Of a stretch of DNA of 64,000 nt, positions 13,826 to 25,784 are shown in pieces. The position numbers and the translations under genes were made by a program. The first letter of the stretch is position 1; each line of letters starts with the position of its first letter. This DNA is from Microbotryum violaceum (Eukaryota). The stretch spans positions 868,001 through 932,000 of the forward strand of contig CDLV01000008.1 in NCBI GenBank assembly GCA_001244265.2, written 5' to 3'. The notes under the pieces are model-generated. The model was not told the origin of the DNA, did no database searches, and saw only the letters and a program-made list of their open reading frames with translations.

Positions 13826-13858
13826 GGAACCGAGTGGGCGGTAAGGAACCGAGTGGGC
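13826..13858 (+). promoter_or_regulatory. Direct repeat GGAACCGAGTGGGC x2 in the divergent hydrolase/cupin promoter; candidate cluster-regulator site
   Basis: Exact 14-mer at 13826-13839 and 13845-13858. The core CCGAGTGGGC also occurs at 2-11 (minus strand) and 11162-11171. Confidence 0.55.
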
Positions 13859-14041
13859 CTGGGCGTCAGGCCTTCTTCTTTTCGGAGGCGGCGCTGCGGG
13901 CCAACTTTGCTGCCGAGATTCGGGAAAGGATCCCACCCACTCCGCTACTTTTTCAGGCCGCTATATCACTCAGCAAGGTTGACTCTTTGTCACCGTCCCC
14001 CCAGCTTGCCAAAATCGTCCCGCAAACCAAAACGCAACACC

Positions 14042-14695
14042 ATGTCTGGCATTCCGCAATCCAACCTTCCCCCAGTCCGACGAGTGGTCACGACCCACAG
14101 CGATGACGGCACCGCTAAAGTCTGGATCGACGAGGAAGTGCTCCGAGTATCTCCCCCCGGTTTCACCAGTGGTGTCGCCTTCGCCTTGCCTTGGGTCACC
14201 GAGCACAGTCCCGCCGATTGCCAGACGACCGTTGATGGCAAGACCTTGCCCGTCGGCGAGTTGACCCGCGACGAAGGCTCGGTCGTGCGCTACGTCGAGT
14301 TTGAGCCCGGACACGTCAGCCCGATGCACCGAACGACCTCGTTGGACTACGGCTTTGTCATCTTCGGCAAGCTCGAGGTGCGATAATTCCGAGGCAATTT
14401 TGGGTGCCGAGGACAATCACAAATCAGAAAGCTTTCCCCTTCTTCTAGATGCACCTTCCCGACGGCAGTGTTACGACCGTGAACCCCGGAGACGTCGTCG
14501 TGCAGCGCGGAACGAACCACCAATGGGTCAACCCCTCCAAGACGGAATGGGCGAGTGAGTCAGAATCGAACGATCAATGACGCAGACTTGGCACTGACAT
14601 CCTTCCTTTGCTCACTAGGGATGGTCTACGTCTTATTGCCCTCGAAGCCGGTCGTCATCAATGGAGAAGAGCTGGCCCCTATCTCCATTCATTAA
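14042..14695 (+). CDS. Cupin-2 domain protein
   Basis: RRVVTTH, PMHRTTSLDYG and GDVVVQRGTNHQWVN cupin motifs over three exons. Confidence 0.85.
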
Positions 14696-14932
14696 ATGTC
14701 GATCTATCTACTTGCAATTCAGTATCAAAAATTCACAGCACCTCGAATATTGACTTTCAAATAGAGCTTGCTGTCCACCACAAGGCAATCACAGCTACCT
14801 TCCGTGCCTGTCTCCGTCGGGGCAGAATTTGTTGTCATGTGCTCGCGTGTGCTCAAATCGGCTAGATGACCGCATTCAGGTACTTCCAACCACTAAGTTT
14901 ATGACGATTACGAGAACACTGACGACCCAGAA

Positions 14933-16482
14933 TTAGATCATTTTCAAAGTTTTGGATGGGTTGACCTTGCCCTTAAGGTCGCCAAAGCCAACTTTCGCTC
15001 CGTCAACACCAGCGGAAGCCGTGAAGATAACCTCGTCACCATCGTGGATCCATCGTCGCTCGTACGTTCCGACTTGAAGGGGTCGCTTGCCAGCCTGAGA
15101 GAGCTCGAGCATGCAACCCTGAGCGGCGTCGCCTTCGTTCGAGATCGTGCCCGATCCGAGTAGATCGCCGGTCGAGATACGCGCACCGGCGTAGGTCTGG
15201 TATGCGATCAGTTGGGGGAAAGACCAGAACATCTGGTCGAATTGAGCTCGGGAAACCGGGTGGGCCGTCGAAGGATCCTCGCCAACTGCGCAGCGTGGAG
15301 AAGAAGCAAGGATCAGTAGTGGACCAGCAGCTGGCGAACGGTCACTGTTCTCTCATCTCTGATTTACCTCGAAGGAAGGTTTCGCAGTCGATGCGAAAGT
15401 TGGACTTGGCTCCCGTCGCCTCGGAAAGGTACTCGGGTTGCTCGAATTGCGTGCCCTCCAATCGGGGAGGAAGTTCAGCAGCGAACGGCTTGAGGGCATC
15501 GGGAGTGACGACCCAGGGTGAGATCGTCGTTGCGAAGGATTTGCCGTTGAAAGGACCCAAGGGAACCATCTCGAACGCTTGAATGTCACGAGCGGACCAA
15601 TCGTTGAGGAGAACGTAGCCGAAGATGTGATCTTGTGCCGAACTAGGGCTTAGAGCAGTGCCTTCTTCGGTCGGATTGGCGACGAAGGCACCCTGGGAGT
15701 TCCAGACAAGGGTTTGTAATTGCGTCAGCACTTGGACGTGATCAATGTTCTTCGCGCAACTGTGTGTACCCTCATCCGAAGGCAAGAACCCACAATCTCG
15801 AACTCCCAGTCCAAAGCCTTGCACTCTCCAATCTCGACCTCACGCTGAGCCGAAAAAGCCCTGGTCTGTCCTCGAGGTCGCGTGATCTCTTCTGAGACTG
15901 AGACCGTCCCCGCACGGCCATTGTAAACCATCGGCAAGGCATTGAAAGAAGCGGGAAGCTTGGTATCAGGGCCAAAGATGGCTCGACCGGCGTTCGTGCC
16001 GTGGGCGGGGAAGACGGAATAATCCACAAAATCGGGAATTTGGAAAGGGAGGCAGGGCTTGACGGAGTTGAGGGGGAGTACAACGCTCTTTTGGGCGGCA
16101 GAGTCTTGTTGAAACTTGTTTGAGTCGGATGAGGTTAAAAGTTTTTGGATCGCGGATCGAGTATTGGAGCGGACGGAGGGGAACAAGGTAGCGAAAGCGT
16201 TAAGGGTCGGCTGCGCAAGTCATTCGGGTGACCCATCAATTCCAGCTCAAACCGGATTGCGACACAAGTTGCAGCTTCGGTGTGGCTCACTTGGGAAAAG
16301 ACATCCGAGTCGGATCCTAAAGCATCCGCCAATAAACCCGCTTTCTCAATTTTACTCAAGTCGACAACATTATCGCCGATTCGCGAAGCGCCGACTCGAA
16401 CTCCGTCCGCTCGCTCGACGATGCCGAAGGGGATGTTGGCCAGGGAGAAGTGCGACTCGGGCGAGACTTGAAGCCAAGACAT
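14933..16482 (-). CDS. Fumarylacetoacetase (FAH) family hydrolase
   Basis: [36 protein letters not shown] and [10 protein letters not shown]. Confidence 0.9.
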
Positions 16483-16864
16483 GTTGAACGTGCTGCAAAA
16501 GGTGCTCAGATTGTATCGTCGAAATGCGAGATCGGTCTAGATACGAACGCAGGATGGTAGGCCGCGGTAAGGATGTCGAGGTTGGTCTCGAGTCGAAATC
16601 CGGGGAGGAGTGGCATGGATCGGCTGCCGGGACTAGTGCGAACTGCGGAGGCCGAGTGGAGCCAAAGTGGAGGTGGGCGCCGAGCCAGCCACGTGTCCCG
16701 CTCCGGCACCTTTTCGGCACAGCAACTCGCCTTAGCACGAGGTAAGGTACCAGGTACCTCGAACCCCTATGCGGATGTACGTTTGTACTTGTTACAACAC
16801 GACAACACGATTGAAAGACTTCGGACTACCAGGCTGAAATAGGCAAAAAATCCGCACGGGGCTT

Positions 16865-19800
16865 TCATACCCTCGCTCCGGGCGGCTGGCTCGATGACTC
16901 CATTTCAATCTCCTCATCGTCCCGAGCGCAAAAGCTGTCGTAACTGCACAAGTGCAGAAACATTAAAGTAAGGGCAAGCTCGTACGCTTCTATAAGCCAC
17001 AGTCTTGACACTCCTCACCTCCAATCATCAGGCTGCGACCTCGGCGTCGCCGGCGTAAAAGGCGCCCCTCTCCTATCCAGTCTTGACCTCTGACCAAACT
17101 TGCCCTGCCCGAAGCCCTCCGGAGGCTGCGTCATCAGACTCTCACGATAAAATTTCGCTTGGGAAGACGAATCCTCCACGTCATCATCATGTACGAAGCG
17201 CACGTCGTCCGAATTCTCACTCTCGTATTCCTCCGAAGAAGCTTCGGTTCCTGATGCGGAAGAGTTGACGGCTTCGACATCAAAGAGGTTCGATCGAGCG
17301 GCGGTTTTGACGTTCATCTTGGGGCGTTTGATCTTACGAACCCGAGTGGCAGGGGCTTCTGCGGGGTCGGAGTTGTCGCTGTCGTTGTCGTTGTCGTTGT
17401 CGTTGTCGTCTGACTTGAGGTCGTCGGGTCGAGATCGCACGATCCCACGGCGCAGGCGATTGAGTGGTGCACGGGGTGGATCCGTAGAAACGGGAGCACC
17501 CGAAAAAAATACGTTCGTTGAATTCTTCTTCACGGCAATCCCTCGAGCTCCAGCAAATCCAGGCATGCGAATCGGGGATGACTCGGCAAAGCTATCGAGC
17601 TTGGTCCGATCAACATGGTCGCCGAACTTTTGCACGACGGCGCCTTGCAGCAATGCCGTGTCGGAGAGGATGGCGCAGTCCAGATCGTTGTCATCGAGCA
17701 TGGCTGAAAAGGACGAACTGCTGGGCGGTCGCGGCTGCGGTGGTGGGGTCGGGGCCACAGGTACAGGTGAAGGCGGGGCGGAGGAGATGGTGTTGCACCT
17801 TTTCGTGACGGGCGGCTGGTAAGATTCGGGGACGATCTCGATATCGGATTCGTCTGATGACAGTACGCCATAGAGATCCATGGAGACATAGTGCTGAACC
17901 TCGGCGACTGATTTGGGTGCGATATGGGCCCCAGTCGATCGCTGTGGAGGTGGCTCGAATTGTCCTGATTGCAACGGAGGAGGCGTGGGCCGCCTTTCGA
18001 TGGCGACAGGCGGCGAGTCGGGCATAACAACCGGAGACATTTGACGAGGCGTGAGCGACTTGGCACGTGCTGCTGCAAAAGAAGATTCGAGCGATAAATT
18101 GGGTAGGTCGGGTAGGTCAGGCCATTCTGGAGACGTAAGCAGTAACGGAGACGACGACGTGGGGGGTCGTTGGTCTTGCAAGACGGCCGACGAAAGGATC
18201 GGAATGTCGACCTCTGACAGTGGCAGTGGCTCGTGCCGGAACCGAAGGGGTGTTTGCCCTGGTCTACGTGCGGGTGGCACCCAAGGCTCGATGTAATTGG
18301 GGTTGTACGCCTCCGACATTTCGGCATGCCATCTATCGAGCGCCTCGGGTTGCGAATCATCGATCGAGGCTGTGGTTCGCAGAATCGACTGCAGTATTTC
18401 GTGTCGAGCACCATGACGAGGGAATTTGTGAGCGTTGGCGTTGGCGATTCGCTCGAGGGGGAACTTGTCCAGGTTTAGTGGACTTGGAATTATGGCCTGA
18501 CCACCATGAGGGTACCATCGCGTGCTCATGTATTGTTCCTCCGATTCGGTGAGCAAAGCGGCTTGCTTGCGCTCGCGCAGCGCTCGACCCGGTGAGTAAG
18601 GTGTCTGTGCTTTCTTCTGTTCTCCCGCGGTTCGGAAACCCTCGAAAGCACCTTTGGGTATGTTTCGCTTGGCGTCCTTGACGGGGCGGGGGACACGCTC
18701 CTTCATACCCAGAGCCCTACGATGGTCATTGGCTGACATGAGCAGCCCATCCAAATCAAGCGGCTTGGCCTCGATTGATACCTTGTCGACAATCGGCTTG
18801 ATGTCGCTCGGAACCAGTCGTTCACCATCGGCATAGACCTCAAAGACTCGATTCGAGATCAAAGCGTTTTGCACCTCATCGTACTGCTCCTTCGCCTTGT
18901 CCCAATTCTTTTCCTCGCGTCCTTCGGTCATGAGGACGATGATGTGGCCATCTCGTGCGCGACCAGTTCGTCCGACACGCTGCAGCATGCGGATGGGCGA
19001 CTTGTTGGCTTCGTAGCACACGATGAGATCGATCTCGCCAATATCGAGACCCTCCTCGCCGATCGACGACGCGACGAGCACGTTGTACACGCCGTCTTTG
19101 AATTTACGGATGGCCTACGGTGGTGGACTACTTAAGTCATAGCTTACAGCGACTGCCAACAAGTCCAGGACCGACGACACTCACCTCATTCTGATCCTTC
19201 TGGGTCATCCCTTTGCCACCTTTAGCCGCGGCCTGACCGACGAACCGCGTAGCTTTGATCGTCGGAGCATGCTTGTTCAAGCACATGACGATCTCCTCGA
19301 CGACAGCGCGATAGTTGCAAAAGACCATGACTCGCGTCTGCCGAGGCTGGCCCGTCAAGGGGTCGATTTCATTCTCCGCAGCCTTGAAATGGTCCCAGCA
19401 CATCGAACGCAGTCGTTCCATCTTGGGATGACCGACGTACCCCGACCTCGCCGTCAGCGCTTTGACGTCGGCCACGATCTTCCTGAAGTCGGGTTTGGCC
19501 GCCAACGTCTTGAACGTATGTTGCATGTCCAAGAGTTTCTCCTCGAATTGTGTCACGCTCTGAATGATGAGGTGTTCCATCGCTGAACTCATGTAGGAGA
19601 GCGTTTTGATCATGGGGTAGAAACGAGCGTTGGCGCCTGTGCCGCCAGGTAGACTGTTGATCTTGCCCCGTGCGAGATTACATCCAAACGCCGTGATGTA
19701 TTCCGGTCTCGTCTCGAAGAGCAACCTCGCTTGGGCCAGTGGCACGATGAAAGGTTGCATCAAAGCAGCCCACCGATCTCGGATGGAGGAGAGTTGAGGT

Positions 19801-21106
19801 CCGAGTGGCATGATGGTGAGGTCGTACGACTTGTGGTAGATATATTGCTTGATATCGAACGATTGATCGGTTCGGACTTGGATGTTGCAGATCTGTTCCA
19901 GGAGGTACATGGTCAGTCATCGATTGGCTCAGGTGTGCTTCGAGTTGGCAAACTCACATGCAAATTGTCAATGACCTCTTGCACGGCCTCTCCTTTGGAC
20001 CCTGGTGTGGCCGTCAACGCCAAGATCCGAAAGTGCGGATTCCGGCACATCAAATACCGCACCACACCACAATACGCATAGTCACCACTCGCTCGATGCG
20101 CCTCATCCACGACCAAACACGTGATATCCCTCGGATCGACGCGACCTTTCCTCAGATCGTTCTCGACTGTTTGTGGGGTACTGTAGATGACTCGTTTTGT
20201 TGCCCATCCGATCGATCGTAGCTTGGGGGTCGTCGAGCCTGTCAACTCGACGCAGTGCTCTTGAGGTATTCCGGTTGCGAAGTGGCACGCGGTAATCTGT
20301 TGACGCACGAGCGGTCGTGATGGAGCCAGGAAAACGATTTTGCCCCGTGGGAACCAGCGATAAAAATTGAGCCTGATAAGTTGAGAGGTCGAGAGGTCAG
20401 ATCACAATCTTCATAGGTCCGAGTGAGAGGAGTTCGCGAGCGAGACCCACATGACACAAGCGGCGATGAAGGTTTTGCCCAAACCAGTCGGTAAACTAAC
20501 GAGCGTGTTGTTGAGCAAAGCGACGTAGACGATGTCGTACTGGTACTTGCGCAGTGGCTTGTCGACTTGCACGGGGTAGACCCACGTCTTGATCGCTTCT
20601 CGATCCGGCTCGCACTTCATCGGCAAGGGTGGCGCATGAGGGTCGTAGGTCGTATTGACGAAGAATGTCGGCTGATTAGGATCATCTTCGTCGTCGTCGT
20701 CTTCCAGCACTGACTCGTCGTCGTCGTCACCCCATCCATTGTACTCTGTCGCCTTTCCTTTACCCTTCCCTTTGGTCTTGTAACCAGCCGCTTTCCGAGC
20801 CACAGCAGCATTCTTCTTACTCCATCCATGCTTGGCAAACATCTCCCTATCCCACACCTTGACCGGCTTGACCTTGGCCGCATCGAACGCGCCTTGCCGA
20901 GTCGTCGAAGCATGCTGGGGTCGAAGATTCTTTTGCGCGGCCGGAGGAGCAGCAACGATGGGTTCTCCAAAGAGGTTGCGTTGGGTCAAAGCTGAGGCGT
21001 TGACGCTTGTTTTGGGCGGAAGTTTGAGTCCAGTTGCGTAGGCGATCTCGAGCTGGTCCAGTTCGTCCAGGCCATCGTCATCAAAGTCGAAGCTGTCGGA
21101 CGACAT
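16865..21106 (-). CDS. MPH1: FANCM/Mph1 DEAH-box DNA helicase
   Basis: [42 protein letters not shown] and QRVGRTGR helicase motifs. Confidence 0.93.
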
Positions 21107-21820
21107 CCAAGCTGGGGCGAAAGAGAGGAGACCAATCGGGGGCGATCGTTGCAAGAGAGAGAGAGAAGTGCCGAACGAACCAGCCCAAGGCTGACGGAGG
21201 TTGAGCCTGATTGAGGGGAGTGGTATCCAAATCGTCTTGAAACCACAAGACAAGTCAATCCCAGCACCGAGGGTGAGCTCCGAGGGGGGAATCAATGTCA
21301 ACCAACGAAGCTCGACTAGGGGAGTATCCGCCCAGGGGCCGATTAGCGTGTGTAGAAGATGACGCTGTAGCAGGTCAATGACGTACGTCTGGCAGTATGA
21401 TGGATGACCGACAGCGAACGCAGCCGCAGCTACATCAAGACCGCGGGCGGTGGCGAGAAGGAAAGGTTGGGAAACGGTGCGACGTGCAGTCACGTCCTCG
21501 TCACGTCGAGCGATGACCTGCGACGACAGGCGATGACTTGGCCGACCCGCAGTGCGCGCGCACGGACCGGCTTTCTCGGCAAAGTCGCGCCTCGATCTTC
21601 TGGACGAGGGTGATGGCCATGTCTTTTCCAGTGGCGGGTGGATTTATAAGGCCGAGATGACCGCTCTCTGACAGTCTGACCCCAAGCTGCAACAAGCTAA
21701 GCTGGCTTGCCAACTCCAAGTCACAAGCTGGGAAAATGATATTGAGGTGTAGTCGCCCTCAGGCACATCGGTATCACCTATACGTAGGTCGCCCTCTGCA
21801 TGCATTACAACAGCACCTCC

Positions 21821-22516
21821 TCAAACGAATCTTAACGAATCGGCCTGTATCCGGTATCCAGGATCACGCGGCACAGCAGGATCGCCGATCGGGTCCCAAA
21901 CGAGGATGAGCGCTTGCGAGAACACGCGCGGTAACCAATCGTAGTCCTTCGAGTGAGGTGTCGCTGTGTTGGGTGGGTTGGTTCCGTGGGTCACCTGGTG
22001 TGTAGAAGAGGGCAGTCAGTAGTGAGTGCATCGTGGGTTCGTGCCTTCTGTCTCGAATACTGACCTGACCCGTTACGGAAAGAACGAGAGAAGGGGGTCC
22101 CATCGATGTAGAGCCTGCAGGGGGAGGATAACACCGGAGAATCAGCACATGCGTTTTGAATGTACCAGTCCCACGCACGCACGCACCAGCAACAGGTTGA
22201 CAATCGAACGACTGCACCTCGTGCTTGCTGACGGGTAACCTCGTCGCGAAAGCGGCCAGGTCACTCGCCGGTATCGGGTTCCCGTTCCATGTGATCCTCG
22301 CTGTTGGGTGGTAGAGCTTGCACACCGCTTCGGGCCGTTTGGTAGGATCGAGGTCTTGGGCGGAGTAGTAAGCCTATGCGAGAGGAGACTGTCTCGAATT
22401 AGTTGAGGCTCGCATCTAAGCCGACCGAACAATAGACTGACCTTGACGAATTCTTCCGCCACGCCCGCAGCAGCTTGGATCGCTTCCCCGGCCGATGTCG
22501 ACGCGTTGGCTTGCAT
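21821..22516 (-). CDS. NXT1: NTF2-related export protein (Nxt1/p15-like)
   Basis: AEEFVK|AYY, ITWNGNP, LPVSKHEVQSFDCQPV, LVLSVTGQV, RVFSQALIL and the terminal IQADSLRFV*. Confidence 0.8.
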
Positions 22517-22660
22517 TGAAGGCAGGTGTCGGTGGGTGAGCCCTCGAGCTGCCGAAAGATGGAGGAGAGAGGGCTGTGCTGACGAGCCTCCGTCGACGAT
22601 CATTCACGGCGCGCACGCTCCGCCGAAATCGGAATTAGGTTAATCCCGCGAATAGCAGGG

Positions 22661-22840
22661 CACTTTGGTTCCGAAAATGGCGACTCTGGTCCCGCACCGG
22701 AGGCGACTCTGGTCCCACATCGGAGGCGACTTTGGGATCACATCGGAGCGGACTTTGGGATCACATCGATGCGGACTTTGGGATCACATCCGAGGTCATT
22801 CTTGTACCACGTTCATAGGAACTTTGGTACCACATAGTGT
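22661..22840 (+). repeat. Subterminal tandem array, ~8 units of ~23 bp (GACTYTGGKAYCACATCGGAGGC-like)
   Basis: Units start at about 22661, 22682, 22705, 22728, 22751, 22774, 22797 and 22820. Confidence 0.9.
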
Positions 22841-23454
22841 AGAGGCCTGTATCTCTTGCAATATGTAATGTATCACTCTGGGGAATGTAGTATGATGTAT
22901 GTACAGGTCTATAGTACTTCTGGCGGGTGAGACGAGGCGGACAATGCAGTAGTTGCTACATCGGGGTTCTTCCCCGCTGTGCCGCTCCGCGCCCGTGTCA
23001 GCGGTTAAACCTTACGCCGATCGTCACGAGGCAGCAAGCGTAGCTTGCAATAAATATCATAGGGTGGAGCAAACGTTTTTTTTTTCTTTCTTGCTGACTA
23101 GAATACTTATGCGGTAATGACATAATCACTACATGGGTGAGCTGTAGTGTTCCTTAGGCCTGCAATCGTTAGCACCCTTATTCGAGAAAATTCAAATATT
23201 CGGCGAAAGCCCTGGGGCCGCGCCAAAACTCGCAGGCGCTCGTCGTTTGACGGGCTACACCGGCAAACTCACGAATGCCCCTGAAAGCAGCTCCTTTCCT
23301 CAGAGCTTCACACGCTCACTGGTCTTTCCCCCCACTCTCTCTTTCTCACTACACATAAAGTCCTCACGTAAACACTCCTCCCTATCTTAGTCGCGCGGAA
23401 ATACTGTGCATCTACCCCAAACGACGCCCAGTGAGGGGTTTACCTTCAAGGTAG

Positions 23455-25341
23455 ATGGCGCCGGTCGCACTCATCATGTCGACAGGAGAAATGAGCCAAC
23501 TGCTCCAAAACAAAGGGGACCGACCACCCATCGCGTTGCAGGAACAAAGCTCCCCAGAGGGATACGCATCGGAAGTTGACTCGGAAGTGGATGAGGATGA
23601 GGACAGTCTGCAAGTCTTGGCAGCTTTGGTCCCGGTTCCCTCAAAGTCCTCGATATCTAGCCCCTCCGCAGTCTCGGGGCTTTTAATCTCTCCAAAGAGC
23701 CGTTCGAGAGACTCCGACGAGGATTCGGCAGACGAGGGTTACTACGGAGTCGACGACGACAATTCGGACGAGAAATTAATTGACAACATCTTCTCGGCAC
23801 TACTCCTGGCTCGGAACGACAAGAAGATCCTTGACCGGCACACGTACGAGCCCTCTCGACAGGACAAAGAGTTATCGAACACGACGCGCGAGGCAATTTT
23901 CTCAAACATGATCCTCACGACTGCAGAGCACAACGAGCTCCGTCTCAGGCCGCTTGTTCTCAATTGTCGCAAGCCGAGGTCCGGATGGGAATTTGTACGC
24001 AAACTTCCTGTCCTGGAGCTCCCAAAGTTTATGGCTACAGAGGTATGTTGAAGCTGCATGCTGCGCTGCGTTTTGTTTCGTCCTGTGAACGACCTAAATT
24101 CCATTGGTGCGATCTATTAACAGAAGCATGACTGGGCTCCACGCAAATATGAACGCTGTCTCGCTGTCGTCGAGCGATCTTACGGTGACGCGCCCTCGTC
24201 TACTGATCATCAACATCCGTCGGAGGTGGCGGTGGGGATCGAATGGCGTCCGGAAGTGCCTATCACCCTTCGAGAAGCTTGGAGTCAACCCGGCGAAGGT
24301 CGACCTGTTGCGGAGGTTCTACGGATTACACATCGTTGCTCGGGGGCCTGTAAAAGAGTTCGGGTCAAGGATGGCAAACTTGTGTACAAGAAACGAGACA
24401 ATGACAAGGACCCCGGGAAAACATGCTCTACTCAACTCAAGGTGATCATCCCGGATAGGAAATCAAAGGAGCTTGGGTTGGGTGGCTGATAAGACTCTCT
24501 GTTGCCTTCTTCGTCCCTTGTGTAGATCCTCGTTCAGGCCGACGATCTTTCATCGGCGCTGGTGTACACCCTCGGCAACCAGGAAGGACGCCAACCACCG
24601 CCGAGCGTCCGACGTCCAGCCCCTTTCATTCGTGCGTTGGCGCATCAGGAAGTCTTTCGGCAGGCCAACACGCCCACGCTTGCATTTCAAAGTGAGTGTG
24701 TGCTCCAAGTTTGCACAAGAAGTTTTCACTTCTCAAGACTGACCATCAGTTCCTTTCTCGATGATGGACTCGATCATTTTACAGATATGAACCAGCGGAT
24801 GTCGTGTTTGGGAGAAACAGAACGAGATCATTCTCCCGCAGTACAGGAAAGTCGACGCAAAGCAGCTGCGCAATATGTTCAGGGCAAAAGGTCGACAGAA
24901 CGCGCAGCATGGATCCTCCTTGTACTCGCTAGCTCGCACGGCTGAGCTGAGACCGTTCACCCTTCAAAATGCAACGGAGCCCGAGACACGCGGAGTGGCC
25001 TAGTGAGTGATCAAGATCTAAGCTGCTTGCCGAGCTGATGAGCTAACAAGCGGCGGAGGTATTTACCCTTGTCAGCTTTCAACCTTTTAATGAGAAAACG
25101 AAGCAGCCGTTGATCTGCGTCCTTGCCTCCCTCCACTCCATCGACGTGTTGATTTCCTTCGCCACAGTTGGGAACGATTCAGGCGATTGGTCGCGGTTTG
25201 TTGGACTTGACTCAAGCTGGCGATACCTGAACGAGAACCGCGCCCCCTCACCGCCCTCGTCGCAACTGGCTTGAAAGACAAACTTGCGCTAGGTGAGAGC
25301 CCGGGAAGCACTTGAAAGGAAGGTCCGGACGAGTAAGACTC
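23455..25341 (+). pseudogene. Truncated duplicate of the transposase 5' region (N-terminal exons up to the first catalytic Asp) inside the left arm
   Basis: Same exons as the minus-strand gene in the right arm; breaks off shortly after GLDSSWRYLNENR. Confidence 0.75.
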
Positions 25342-25577
25342 CTTACAAGGATCGCGGCGCGCTCCTCGACCAGCCTCTTTACCGTGTCCAAGTAGATGAC
25401 GAGAGTATCTGCCTTCACATCACTGGAGAGAAGCATAGGATCTGAAGAAGACAATACATAAGCGATGAAATGAGTCTTTGTACTCGTCCGGACCTTCCTT
25501 TCAAGTGCTTCCCGGGCTCTCACCTAGCGCAAGTTTGTCTTTCAAGCCAGTCGCGACGAGGGCGGTGAGGGGGGCGC
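25340..25577 (+). repeat. 238-bp direct copy of 29927-30164, forming a local hairpin with the end of the left arm
   Basis: TCCTTACAAGG...GGGGGGCGC is present at both places with one mismatch seen. About 25473-25577 is the reverse complement of about 25240-25341. Confidence 0.9.
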
Positions 25578-25784
25578 AGTTCCGTATTCACATGTAAAAA
25601 CTTGGCTCGCTTTACCTCTCCTTTTCTTAGTGCAGCTGCACAAAGTGAACAAACCATTTGTCAGCTCTTTCTTGGTATGATGAAATACTAGACTGTACCT
25701 ACTTCGAGCATGGATGACCTAGATCACACTTCAACTTTCGGTCTCGACATTGCGAGCAAGCTTTCCGCCGACTGGAGCTCGGGG

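Larger units (their letters stand above)
22630..25341 (+). repeat. Left inverted arm (long TIR)
   Basis: Reverse complement of ~30060-32813 with a few SNPs and 1-3 nt indels. Identical ORFs appear on opposite strands (e.g. 24562-24945 + and 30459-30842 -). Confidence 0.95.

Noticed and set aside
17373..17410. (GTTGTC)n repeat, and likewise (GAAGTG)n at ~60668-60692
   Set aside because: Coding microsatellites giving Asp-Asn and Ser-Thr runs inside MPH1 and the Sec14-like gene.
22661..22840. 23-bp array as a CRISPR or telomeric repeat
   Set aside because: Units are contiguous without unique spacers, the context is eukaryotic, and the array is mirrored at the other end of a transposon.
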